The notes beneath the pieces are model-generated. The model was not told the DNA's origin and made no database searches. It saw only the letters and a program-made list of their open reading frames with translations. 64,000 nt of DNA from a virus. Shown piece after piece: positions 38,268 through 48,158 of the stretch. The stretch covers positions 10,205 through 74,204 of the IMG/VR virus record IMGVR_UViG_3300037961_006825, one strand, 5' to 3'. Within the stretch, counting starts at the first letter, position 1. Every line of letters starts with the position of its first letter. The translations under genes were made by a program, and so were the position numbers.

Positions 38268-39797
38268 TTATGCAAAATACACGCTGTTTGTACCAGGTGT
38301 GAATGCAGATCCGAGTCCTGTACAAATGATTACGTGGTAGTAAAGGTTAGCACCAAAGATATTATCAACGACGCCATAACGAGTAAGCAAGCCTACTCTA
38401 GGAGCGAAGTCGTTAGGACCAATTGTGCGTTGTACCATTACAGGAATGTAAGGACAGTAGATAATACCAGTGTCATAGAACTCAGGTCCTTTGTATCCTA
38501 ATAGGATATATTCAGGAGCTGTAGAAGCTGCGGCACTGAAATCATTACCAATTGTTTGTCCTTCTGTTCTTGTATCACGATAAACATTGAAACGTCCACC
38601 AAGGTTACCGATCTTAGCAACACCTACTGGCTGTGTATTAACGTTACCTTGAACTGGTACCCACTGGAATTCAGGGAGCATTTCCAAGATAGCGCAAACA
38701 CGTGGAGTAGCAACTAAGAAGTTAGCAGCACCACGTCTGTTTCTAACAGCAATACGGTTAGCTTCGACGATTACTCTTTGATATAAGTCTCTGTTACGCT
38801 CAACAATCCAACGTCCGTCAGCAGAAGCAGGTGACCAGATAGAATATCCAGTACCTTTTTGTGCATTAAGAGCAGTTTGAATCATACGGATCAACATTTC
38901 ACGATCGATCTCAGCCTGAATTTCATATGACATAGCATTTGTTAACTCAGTATCGATATCGATTCCGTTCATGTTTTTAAGATCCTGTTCTAATTCAACT
39001 GACCATCTAGCGCCTAAGCGTCTAGTACCGGCTTCTACAGCAGTCTTCTCAAACGAAACTTCCATTGTAGGAATTTTGTTTGTGATTTCGAAGTTCTTTA
39101 GAAGTGCTGCAACACCCTTATCGTTAGCATCGATTGTAAAATCATCGTTACCAGATAAGTATGTTGAAGTTTGTCCGGTATAACCAGTTACTAGCTCTTG
39201 GAAACCAGCTTCTTTAGCAGAAGCAGCGGTTGCAGCAGTGCTATCAGCACCGGAACCAGGGTTACCAGAAATTTGATCGCTATCGAAGCCATCAACACCA
39301 GTTCCACCTAAAGTTTCACCAGAGTAACGGTAACGTAATGCGAACGCTAGACCAACTGGTCCGGCCATTGGTTGAACACCAACAATCTCATTTGTAATTA
39401 ACTCGGGAAAAGTACGTCTAATCATTGGAATCAAGATCTTAGGCAGACGAGCGTCACCAGAAGCGTAAGTATCTTCGCCAGGTGTACCACCGACTGTTGC
39501 TCGATTGTTCCAAGAAGTTGCAGTATCACCTAAAGAACCAGTTTGTGAACCAGCACCATGTCCAGCTGCTACAGATGAACCACCAATATTACTCACAGGA
39601 GTATAGTTAGGTCCAGCTTCTTTCAAACACCATGTCTCTTGGTTTTCCAAAAGCATAGCAGTGTTTAAACGTGTATGGCTGTCTTCGATAGGAGCAACAC
39701 TCTTTGAAGTGTAATCTAATACAGGAGCCCATTTCTCTAATAGTTGAGAAGCTCTTGATTCGTCAATATATGCCTGTGTAGGTCTAATTGAATTCAT
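38268..39797 (-). CDS. gp23: Major capsid protein, T4 gp23 family
   Basis: LLEKWAPVL, LLENQE, GVQPM-x-GP-x-GL, ELEQDLK, EIDRE, YCPYIP, PRVGLLTRYG. Confidence 0.97.
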   Translation of the reverse strand: MNSIRPTQAYIDESRASQLLEKWAPVLDYTSKSVAPIEDSHTRLNTAMLLENQETWCLKEAGPNYTPVSNIGGSSVAAGHGAGSQTGSLGDTATSWNNRATVGGTPGEDTYASGDARLPKILIPMIRRTFPELITNEIVGVQPMAGPVGLAFALRYRYSGETLGGTGVDGFDSDQISGNPGSGADSTAATAASAKEAGFQELVTGYTGQTSTYLSGNDDFTIDANDKGVAALLKNFEITNKIPTMEVSFEKTAVEAGTRRLGARWSVELEQDLKNMNGIDIDTELTNAMSYEIQAEIDREMLIRMIQTALNAQKGTGYSIWSPASADGRWIVERNRDLYQRVIVEANRIAVRNRRGAANFLVATPRVCAILEMLPEFQWVPVQGNVNTQPVGVAKIGNLGGRFNVYRDTRTEGQTIGNDFSAAASTAPEYILLGYKGPEFYDTGIIYCPYIPVMVQRTIGPNDFAPRVGLLTRYGVVDNIFGANLYYHVIICTGLGSAFTPGTNSVYFA

Positions 39798-39874
39798 GAT
39801 AGATTTTTTCCTTTTGTTTTATCGACCCCAAGGGATTTTATTCCCAGGTAACTTAGAATGAAATTCTCAACTAA

Positions 39875-40732
39875 TTAGTATTTGGAAAGTTCATCAAGAT
39901 ATGGACTATTAGGCTTAGGTTGCTCTGCTGTAGCACTTTCATATACTACATCAACCTTTTCCATATCACTGTAAGCTTCTTCTTTCAAAGTCTCGAGCCT
40001 ATCGCTTTCTTTCTTCTTAAAGAGCTTAACCGTATAATCAAAGTTTTCATTGATAAACGATGCACTCTTTCCTTTAAATGCTTTCTCAACAAACTTCTTA
40101 GCTTTACTATCAAGTTTAGCTGATTTACTTTCAATTAAGTATTGAGCTTTTGTTTGCTCTAATTCTTTTTTGATTTTAGCATTCTCTTCTACGACAGACT
40201 CAAGCTTTTCATTAGCTTCATTTATTTGCTTATGACCATCTACAACAGCTTCTTTAATGCTTTCTTTTTCTAAAGCACTATCAACTGCTAAATGACTTCT
40301 AAGACTTTCTAATACCTTAACTGCTTTTGTATTCTTTACTGCTTCTTGAACACTTTCAGAAGGTACGGTTTCTTCTAGATAAACATCTAGATAATCGGAA
40401 ATTGATTCAACTAAGCTTTGTTTAAAGCTTGCAGCATCATCATTTAATGCTGTTTCATATTTTTCAATTACAAGTTTTAATTTTTCAGCTCTATCACTAT
40501 CTAAAGCTTCAACCACTCTTTCTAATTTTTCTGTATGATCACTATCGATCTTTTCTATTAATTGTTCTAGCTTTGTTGAATAAAGTTCATCTTGATCCTG
40601 TAAAGCTTTCTCCACGTGAATTTCAACTCTATCATTTACTTTAGCTTCGAAAACTTTTTCAATTTCAGATAGAACTTCTTCATTCAACGCTCCGTTAGTG
40701 GCTTCTCCTAGTATTGTTTTGATATCACTCAT
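39875..40732 (-). CDS. gp22: Prohead core scaffold, gp22-like
   Basis: Acidic coiled coil, VFEAKV, ISDYLD; immediately upstream of gp23. Confidence 0.85.
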   Translation of the reverse strand: MSDIKTILGEATNGALNEEVLSEIEKVFEAKVNDRVEIHVEKALQDQDELYSTKLEQLIEKIDSDHTEKLERVVEALDSDRAEKLKLVIEKYETALNDDAASFKQSLVESISDYLDVYLEETVPSESVQEAVKNTKAVKVLESLRSHLAVDSALEKESIKEAVVDGHKQINEANEKLESVVEENAKIKKELEQTKAQYLIESKSAKLDSKAKKFVEKAFKGKSASFINENFDYTVKLFKKKESDRLETLKEEAYSDMEKVDVVYESATAEQPKPNSPYLDELSKY

Positions 40733-40734
40733 AA

Positions 40735-40887
40735 TTAAAAAATCTTTATATTATTATTTATAATCTTCTGCTCTATTTTCTTGTTAACTGCATCAGATAA
40801 AGCAGCAGAAGCTGTTGCGTAGTCTCTTTTTTGTACATTTGATATAAATTTACTAATAGTTTTTTCTAAATTTGCAACTTTTTTCAT
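40735..40887 (-). CDS. Small prohead-core-like protein (50 aa), unannotated
   Basis: MKKVANLEKTISKFISNVQKRDYATASAALSDAVNKKIEQKII...; fills the gap between gp21 and gp22 with a TAATG overlap. Confidence 0.65.
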   Translation of the reverse strand: MKKVANLEKTISKFISNVQKRDYATASAALSDAVNKKIEQKIINNNIKIF

Positions 40888-41555
40888 TATAATCCTTTAA
40901 TAAATTTAATAATATTTTGTTTTAAATAATCATCTACATCTCTACCTGGTAGAGAAGTTAATGATTTCTCGAAATTATCATACGCTTCTTCAAATTGACC
41001 ATACTTGTTAACAACGTACTGTTTACTTTCTAATATACCATTTACAAATGCTTTAGGAAATGATGGGTCTGCAACGCAGTCAATTGCTACTAATTTAAAG
41101 TCTTTAACTCTATTAACACCATCTTGACCTGATTCGGGTATCAATTGACCTAATGCTCTAGAACTCATACCTACTCTCACACCATCATTAATTAAACTTC
41201 TTACGATTAAACCTGTTGGTGTAGATAGAACTTTACTTTTACCATAAAAAACATTACCGTCTTGAGACATTTCTGTAACTAAATGACATGCTCTTTCTAA
41301 ATCAACGTCAGCAGTAGTAGGATGATTTAATTCTCCCATCGCGCGTCCTGTTTTAACCATTAGATTTTCATAACGTTTTACTTCACGTTGCATTTCTTCT
41401 AAAGGATATATTCTTTTATTACGATTTACACCTTCGGCCATCATATAAGGACCTTTAATATAAAAGTTTTTAGAGTCTTTACTATTGCCTTCTTCTACAA
41501 TATATTCAAACTCTTCTTTAGGAGCTGGTGTTTCGACTATTAAATTTAAACCCAT
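40887..41555 (-). CDS. gp21: Prohead protease, gp21 family
   Basis: NRNKRIYP, GELNHP, GMSSRALG, DCVADPS. Confidence 0.95.
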   Translation of the reverse strand: MGLNLIVETPAPKEEFEYIVEEGNSKDSKNFYIKGPYMMAEGVNRNKRIYPLEEMQREVKRYENLMVKTGRAMGELNHPTTADVDLERACHLVTEMSQDGNVFYGKSKVLSTPTGLIVRSLINDGVRVGMSSRALGQLIPESGQDGVNRVKDFKLVAIDCVADPSFPKAFVNGILESKQYVVNKYGQFEEAYDNFEKSLTSLPGRDVDDYLKQNIIKFIKGL

Positions 41556-41616
41556 GTTATTAATATTTATATTATTTATTACTTTTTAACAGGAACTCAA
41601 CGATATTATATTTTTA

Positions 41617-44037
41617 CTATGCATCTTTAATTTGTAGGTTACCTATTGATTTAAAGTCTCCGTCTTCTGACATTACCATATATCTGACTTTTAGATAATA
41701 AACATCAGCACTAGTATTAGATGATATATTTACACTTGTTCTAAGAGCTAAAGCTCTATTACTATGAATTCTAGTTTGTGTATCCGGACCTTGATTTCTG
41801 TTATATAGCCAATCTCCATCTATAAGAGCAACTACTCTAGGTAATGATGTTAATTGAGAAAAAGTACCTGTTGTATCACTACTTGCAAATGTACCAATTG
41901 AAATAGCTGCCTGACCGCTACCAGCCCATGAAACTCTAGTACCTCCGCTTTGAGATTTATAAACTTGTATTGAAACCGGTACAATGTATTTATTAGCACC
42001 GGGTGATGCTACTAGAATAACTGGATTTGTATTTTTATTAACAAGTCCTGCACCGGAAAGAGCAAAAGTATCAATTCTCATGTCTTCAACTATTTTACCA
42101 GCGGTACCTACACCTAGACTAAATGCAGCTCCATTTACTGATCCTTCCTTACCGAAGAAGTTACCAGCTCCATAAGCACCCATCTTAACAAATGCATTAC
42201 CAGTAGAGGTACCATCATCAACAAATAAATTACCTCCACCGACGTTCAATCTATTACTTTTAATTATATCCTTAGCAGACATGTCATCAGTTGAGGTAAA
42301 CCCGGTTGCTTTAACATTACCAGCGACTTCTAACATTTCACTTGGTGTTTTATCTCCAATACCAACACGCCCGGTATCTCCTTTAATGGTTACACGTTCG
42401 ACAGGCCCATTATTGACATCTCCAGTAGCTAGTTGAATATCACCATGAGTATCATTACCACCAACAGAATTTAAAAAAAGATCATTTCCTTGCTGATAAA
42501 ATTGACCTGTACGCGGACCATCGCTACCATCAGAAAAATTTGATGAAAAGAAGCCTGAACCATTATCAACATCACCTTTTAAAGTTACACCAGCACCGGT
42601 TTGAGTGGTTTCAAAACCGATAAATCCAGTACTAGTTATTTTTGAAGCTGATAAGTCTCCATTAGCTGATAAATTTCCAGTTACGTTAAATCCAGATAAT
42701 TCAAAACCTATATCTAAATTAGTTGATGATAATAATGTATTAGCAAGAATAGTATCTGCTTCCATTGTACCGGTAACAGTTAAGTCGCCATTCATAGTAC
42801 CACCATTAGCATATTGCACTGCATTGGTACCACCACCAGAAGACATTTCAACATATCTTCTGAGACCTCTCATATCTTGAGAGAAATTTTCTGTAACTTC
42901 TTTTATTAGCTCATCTTTAACTTGAGTTAATTCAACGTCTTGTATTTTTTCTTTTAATATAGTCTTATATTCAACAACCTCTTTATTATTAACAGCTGCT
43001 AATAATTTATTATATTCATCATTTTTCTTCTCTGATAATAATTTAAATTTTTCATTAAGCTTATTAAATTTATCATTAGAGTCTTCTAATATATCTTGAA
43101 TTACTTTATTTTGTTTTTCTATCTTTTTATTATCTGCAACTTCTAAAAGAGTAATATTATTTTTTATTTCTTTTAATTCTTTGTTAGCTTCATTAACTTT
43201 CTTTTTACTATCCTTTAAGAACTTTTCTTGTAAGTTTTCTAATAGTTTAGTTTCATTTGAAATATTATTAATATAATTTTCTACTAGTTCTGATATTTCT
43301 GCATATTTACCTTCAACTACGTTGCTAATATTTTTAGATGTAAATTCTTTTAAACTTTTAACCTCGGTGATAAAATTGTCATACTTTTCATTTATTTCAT
43401 TTGATAATTGTTTAGATCGTAATTGAATACTATCTTTATTTTCTTTATCTGTTTCTTTTAAAAACAATTGAAGCCTATCTTGTATATCATCTTTTAACAA
43501 TCTTAAATTTTTATCAAACTCTTCTTCTAAATGTTTTAACGTTTGATTCTTTTTTGTTTCTAATAAATCTATTTTTTCATTATAAATTTCATCATACTTA
43601 TCAAGTTTAATTTTTAATCTATCATCACTATATTTTTCTAATGTCTCTCCTAAAAAGTTTATCATTACATCAGATGTTTCGTTTTCTATTTTTTCAATTA
43701 AAACTTGTTGATCCTCTTTAATAGTATTATCGGTAATTAAATTCTCTTGACTTTTTATTAAATGTAAATTAGTCTCGTTTATTTTAATATATGATTTATC
43801 ACCATTAACTAGTACTGCATCAGTAACATATTTTTTACCTTTATATTTTAAATCGATATAAACTAGAGGGTCGCCATTAATTTCACCTACCTTCTCTAGT
43901 ATTATTTTTTGGTCATTTAATGTACATTCAAATACATCTGAAAATGATTCTATTTTTTCACTTATTGAAATAACGTTTTGACTATCATTAGATAGTATAA
44001 AATCAAATTCATTATTATTAATAATACATTTTTCCAT
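41617..44037 (-). CDS. Long coiled-coil plus fibre-like virion protein
   Basis: About 400 aa acidic coiled coil, SSGGGTNAVQYANGGTMNGDL linker, GRVGIG...LEVAG fibre motif. Confidence 0.6.
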   Translation of the reverse strand: MEKCIINNNEFDFILSNDSQNVISISEKIESFSDVFECTLNDQKIILEKVGEINGDPLVYIDLKYKGKKYVTDAVLVNGDKSYIKINETNLHLIKSQENLITDNTIKEDQQVLIEKIENETSDVMINFLGETLEKYSDDRLKIKLDKYDEIYNEKIDLLETKKNQTLKHLEEEFDKNLRLLKDDIQDRLQLFLKETDKENKDSIQLRSKQLSNEINEKYDNFITEVKSLKEFTSKNISNVVEGKYAEISELVENYINNISNETKLLENLQEKFLKDSKKKVNEANKELKEIKNNITLLEVADNKKIEKQNKVIQDILEDSNDKFNKLNEKFKLLSEKKNDEYNKLLAAVNNKEVVEYKTILKEKIQDVELTQVKDELIKEVTENFSQDMRGLRRYVEMSSGGGTNAVQYANGGTMNGDLTVTGTMEADTILANTLLSSTNLDIGFELSGFNVTGNLSANGDLSASKITSTGFIGFETTQTGAGVTLKGDVDNGSGFFSSNFSDGSDGPRTGQFYQQGNDLFLNSVGGNDTHGDIQLATGDVNNGPVERVTIKGDTGRVGIGDKTPSEMLEVAGNVKATGFTSTDDMSAKDIIKSNRLNVGGGNLFVDDGTSTGNAFVKMGAYGAGNFFGKEGSVNGAAFSLGVGTAGKIVEDMRIDTFALSGAGLVNKNTNPVILVASPGANKYIVPVSIQVYKSQSGGTRVSWAGSGQAAISIGTFASSDTTGTFSQLTSLPRVVALIDGDWLYNRNQGPDTQTRIHSNRALALRTSVNISSNTSADVYYLKVRYMVMSEDGDFKSIGNLQIKDA

Positions 44038-44071
44038 AACAATATTTATAAACTAATAAAGTCTATTCAAA

Positions 44072-44524
44072 TTACTTCCATCTTATATTCAATTCTTTCT
44101 CAGTTAAAATGATAAATTTATAACCTTTTTTGGAAGCATATTTTTTAGCTGCTTCCCATTTAGCTATATTCTGCACATACATTTTTCTTTCATATAATAG
44201 AGTAGTTTTTCTTGCATATTTTCGAGTTTTAGGTTTAACTGTTTGACTACTTGGTTTTATTTCAATTAAGAACTTAGTTTTTTTACCTTTTTTATCTCTA
44301 AAAATAATATAGTTATCAATAAGATATCTATGAACTTTATTATCTAAGGGGTTCAAATAAGGTATAATAACATTTTCACTACCCCATTTTAATATATTAT
44401 CGTTCTTATCAGCCCATCTAAAAAATTTTAACTCCCATCCAGATCTATATTGCGGTAGTTTAGTACCTATATACTTTTCTTTATTAACAGGTCTATAATA
44501 TCCTTGATGGAAATTTCCCTTCAT
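44072..44524 (-). CDS. gp4: Head completion nuclease, T4 gp4 family
   Basis: YRSGWELKF, WGSE, HRY-x-x-D, IEIKP, AKWEAA, LTEKEL; start re-called at MKGNFHQG behind a TAAATA box. Confidence 0.88.
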   Translation of the reverse strand: MKGNFHQGYYRPVNKEKYIGTKLPQYRSGWELKFFRWADKNDNILKWGSENVIIPYLNPLDNKVHRYLIDNYIIFRDKKGKKTKFLIEIKPSSQTVKPKTRKYARKTTLLYERKMYVQNIAKWEAAKKYASKKGYKFIILTEKELNIRWK

Positions 44525-44569
44525 ATTAATATTTAAAGTGATATTTGTGGAAAATCTATAAATATTGAT

Positions 44570-45088
44570 ATGACGTTTGAAGAAAAAATTATTAAAAATA
44601 GTTCTATTAGACAAAAGAACTTAATGAGACCTGCTTTAATTGCAACTGAAAAACCAGATACAGGCGTAACTATTCTAAAGAAAGGTGCATATTACCTTAT
44701 AAAAGACTCAGCTGATATTACGGTGAAGTATTTACCATTATTATGCTATGGTAGTTTTTCTGCACCTATAAGTGATTTGAAAGGAAAATTTACTCAAGCT
44801 GAAATTATTGACTTTGTAGGTAGAGCTAAAGAAGAAAGCTTTACTAATCAGTTACTCAATATTATATTAACTGATATAGGGTGTACTCAACCTATAACAC
44901 AAATAGTAGATGATGATAAAACTGATGAATTAGATTTATCATTTGATGATGATGAAGACGTATACGGTGATTACGAAACTGAAGAAGAAACATCAGTTAC
45001 TACAACTACTACAACTACTGAAGTTATTGATATAGAAGATGCTAGTGTAGTTATTCAAAAGCTTATTGAAGTATTTGCAGCTAAATAA
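44570..45088 (+). CDS. Hypothetical late protein with acidic/Thr-rich tail
   Basis: TATAAATA 5 nt before ATG. Confidence 0.55.
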   Translation: MTFEEKIIKNSSIRQKNLMRPALIATEKPDTGVTILKKGAYYLIKDSADITVKYLPLLCYGSFSAPISDLKGKFTQAEIIDFVGRAKEESFTNQLLNIILTDIGCTQPITQIVDDDKTDELDLSFDDDEDVYGDYETEEETSVTTTTTTTEVIDIEDASVVIQKLIEVFAAK

Positions 45089-48000
45089 TTAAACACTTAT
45101 CTTTAAAGTTGCACCATCTCTATATACCACTCCTGGTACACCTGGATCTGATGTTGGTAAGGCTGCTGCACTTAAGTATAACGTTTGAGCGTGTAACATA
45201 TTAGCTGATACCGATGTTATATGTTCACCTCCAGCAATAACCGTATTACAATGTTCACCACCACCTCCGCTGCCACTACCTAATATATTATTACATTTAC
45301 CACCTAATACAGCAGAACTATTAATATAGTCTTGTATACAATTTTTAAATCCACCTAATATAGTTGAATATGATGTATTACCATTACCTACACCTCTACC
45401 TATTGAACTGCAATATCCTCCTATAATAGAAGAATAATCAGACGCTTCTCCAAGGCAGTTAAATCCACCTGATGCAACTTGCCCTCTTGCAAGACATGTT
45501 TGATTTTGTATACCACCTAATACTACATTATCTTGGCCATTAGCTGTATTAAATGAACCAGCTAGTACAGCATTGTTAAATCCAAACGTATTAATATTAT
45601 TAAATTCACCTGCTAATATAGCAGAGTTTTTAGATTCAATCGTATCAATCCGGTTAAAAAATCCTCCTAGAACTGTTGACCCTGACGATGCAACAACATT
45701 ACTTGAACCACCTACTATAACTGAATGATTTCCAAAAGCTGAATTGTCTTTACCGTTTATAACTACGTTAAAACTATCTCCTGCGCTTACACCGACGATG
45801 TTATTTGAACCATTACCTATTAAACCACAATTACCTTTTACAGTATTATTAAATCCTCCTAATATAATACTATGCTCACCATTAGCAATACCTCTTTGAC
45901 CTATAGTGTTTCCACGACCAGCTAAAATTGCTGAATCAGTAGCGCCATCAGTAATAATACCACTAATAGCATTAACAATAGTGCCATTAAATGCACCTGA
46001 TAAGATTTGATTACCTCTACCACCACCTATGAACGATCCAGATGCTGCAATATAATTTGTAAAACCTGCACCGATAATTGAGTCATTAACTACGTCTTGC
46101 CCTGGCCCATCTATTACACTATATATTTCATTTTTACATCCTACTAATATAGCATTGCTATTACCGCAAATTATATTACATTCACCACCGCCCATAAAGT
46201 TGAACGTGCCCATTTGATAAGTACCACCTGGTGGACATTTTATAGGTGTAATACAGTTTTTTAACCCTCCTGTAATAGTTGATTCGGTGGCCATTATTTG
46301 ATTTTGTTTACCACCTCCAATAAATGAATATTCTATATTACAATTATCACTGTTACATATTTTATTTGCAAAACCTCCACCAATAGTATTACCATAATTT
46401 GATGTACAAGCACCATCCAATATTGTATTAGTTGATCCAATACAATTATCAAAACCACCACCTATAAAGCTAACATCACCGTAAATACAATTTCTTATAC
46501 CGGATGCGACTGTACTTGCACCGTTATAGCCTTTGACCATATTATTGTAACCTGATCCTATAAAGTTAAAGTGACCAGAACATATTTCATTACTACAACC
46601 TGCTACTATGGCATTTCCAGTTGCTCTTGGAAATACTCCAATAAGACCTCGAGTACCACACATTATATTTCCAGTACCGCCGCCGATAAATGTATAATCA
46701 CCTCTAGAAGTATTATTAATACCACCTCCGATAAATGAATCTTGACCGCTTATACTATTACATTTACCACCTGCAATTGTTCCCCCACATGTATCAGGGC
46801 CACCAAATATAGTTCCACTTACCCCTGATATAATAGTACCGTCTGGGGCATCAACTACTCCACTTACCCCTCCTACAATTGTACCATCAGCACCTGCAGA
46901 TGCAATAACATTAAATGTTCCTCCACCAATATTACCACCAGATGCATGGATTGTATTATTTTGACCGCCTACTATACTAGCTCCAGATTCTCCTCCTGAT
47001 AACCCAGGGTATGCTGATACGTTTATAGTATTTGTATCTGAACCAACTACTAATTCACCACCTGATATAGTAGTTGAACCTGATGTACCGTCTCCCGAAA
47101 CTACAACCGTTGCTGTTGTACCTGAAGGTGATGTTACTACAACAGTACCTGGATCTGTTAAATCTATACCTATATTAGCACTAGCAGTTCCTGAAGTACT
47201 ATCTCCAAAACCTAAATTACCACCTGATAAAAATACATCATTACCACCGGTATTACCTCCTGAAACTATTACCGTATTAGAAGATATTGTAACGAAATCA
47301 GTTTGTAAGGATCCTCCGGATAAAGTAACATTACCTATACCAGAATTACCTCCGCTAATAAACACATTATTAGATGAAATAGTAACTAAATCTGTCTGTA
47401 AAGAGCCTCCTGATAAAATTACATTACCAAAATCATTATTATTACCACCAGAAACAATAACTGTATTAGATGAAATCGTTACGTTATCTGTTTGCAATGC
47501 ACCACCTGATAAAACAACATTACCAAAATTATTTGTATTACCACCTGAAACAAAAATAGTGTTAGATGATACTGTTACGTTATCTGTTTGTAATGCCCCG
47601 CCCGATAAAACTACGTTACCTGCATTTGAAAACCCGTCTGCGCTAACTACTACACAAAATGAAGAAATAGTTACGCCATCTGTTTTTAATGCTCCGCCAG
47701 ATAAAACTACATTACCAAAATCGTTTGTATTACCACCTGAAATAACAACAGTATTAGATGAAACTGTTACGTTATCTGTTTGTAAAGAGCCACCCGACAG
47801 AACTACATTACCAAAATCGTTTGTATTGCCACCTGAAATAACAACAGTATTAGATGAAATCGTCACGTTATCAGTTTGTAGGGAGCCACCTGATAAAACT
47901 ACATTACCAAAATCGTTTGTATTACCACCTGAAACGGTAACTGCCTCTGGTAATAAAGTAACTACACTTTGACCATTTGATAAACTAACGGAAACAGATT

Positions 48001-48130
48001 CACCAAAGAACATGTTACCTTCATTTAAATTAGCTACGTTACTTATAAAATTGAAAAAATCCCCTTCTGTGGGTACTTTTCCGGTAAGAAACAATGCTGA
48101 TAAATTGTTGCGAGTATAAGTGGTGCTCAT
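45089..48130 (-). CDS. Gly/Ser/Asn-rich beta-helical fibre/adhesin-like virion protein
   Basis: Tandem 32-aa repeats, then dozens of I-GG-G-x-x-N units; C-terminal LPTSDPGVPG...LKISV. Confidence 0.75.
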   Translation of the reverse strand: MSTTYTRNNLSALFLTGKVPTEGDFFNFISNVANLNEGNMFFGESVSVSLSNGQSVVTLLPEAVTVSGGNTNDFGNVVLSGGSLQTDNVTISSNTVVISGGNTNDFGNVVLSGGSLQTDNVTVSSNTVVISGGNTNDFGNVVLSGGALKTDGVTISSFCVVVSADGFSNAGNVVLSGGALQTDNVTVSSNTIFVSGGNTNNFGNVVLSGGALQTDNVTISSNTVIVSGGNNNDFGNVILSGGSLQTDLVTISSNNVFISGGNSGIGNVTLSGGSLQTDFVTISSNTVIVSGGNTGGNDVFLSGGNLGFGDSTSGTASANIGIDLTDPGTVVVTSPSGTTATVVVSGDGTSGSTTISGGELVVGSDTNTINVSAYPGLSGGESGASIVGGQNNTIHASGGNIGGGTFNVIASAGADGTIVGGVSGVVDAPDGTIISGVSGTIFGGPDTCGGTIAGGKCNSISGQDSFIGGGINNTSRGDYTFIGGGTGNIMCGTRGLIGVFPRATGNAIVAGCSNEICSGHFNFIGSGYNNMVKGYNGASTVASGIRNCIYGDVSFIGGGFDNCIGSTNTILDGACTSNYGNTIGGGFANKICNSDNCNIEYSFIGGGKQNQIMATESTITGGLKNCITPIKCPPGGTYQMGTFNFMGGGECNIICGNSNAILVGCKNEIYSVIDGPGQDVVNDSIIGAGFTNYIAASGSFIGGGRGNQILSGAFNGTIVNAISGIITDGATDSAILAGRGNTIGQRGIANGEHSIILGGFNNTVKGNCGLIGNGSNNIVGVSAGDSFNVVINGKDNSAFGNHSVIVGGSSNVVASSGSTVLGGFFNRIDTIESKNSAILAGEFNNINTFGFNNAVLAGSFNTANGQDNVVLGGIQNQTCLARGQVASGGFNCLGEASDYSSIIGGYCSSIGRGVGNGNTSYSTILGGFKNCIQDYINSSAVLGGKCNNILGSGSGGGGEHCNTVIAGGEHITSVSANMLHAQTLYLSAAALPTSDPGVPGVVYRDGATLKISV
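47220..47940 (-). repeat. 96-bp (32-aa) coding tandem repeat, about 7.5 copies
   Basis: ATTACCAAAATCGTTTGTATT recurs at 47711, 47807 and 47903; unit VTISSNTVVISGGNTNDFGNVVLSGGSLQTDN. Confidence 0.9.
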
Positions 48131-48158
48131 ATATCAATATTTATAGAATTTATGATAA

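Noticed and set aside
41592-41607. GGAACtcaacGATATT as another promoter copy
   Set aside because: Poor -10 match and no downstream plus-strand gene.
44525-44614. N-terminal extension of gp4, and a TnsA transposase interpretation
   Set aside because: The extension overlaps the divergent gene and promoter. The TnsA-like fold is expected for gp4, and no transposon ends or partner genes are present.
47220-47940. Possible CRISPR array or DGR repeat
   Set aside because: The repeats are in-frame coding units without unique spacers; no cas gene or reverse transcriptase in the window.
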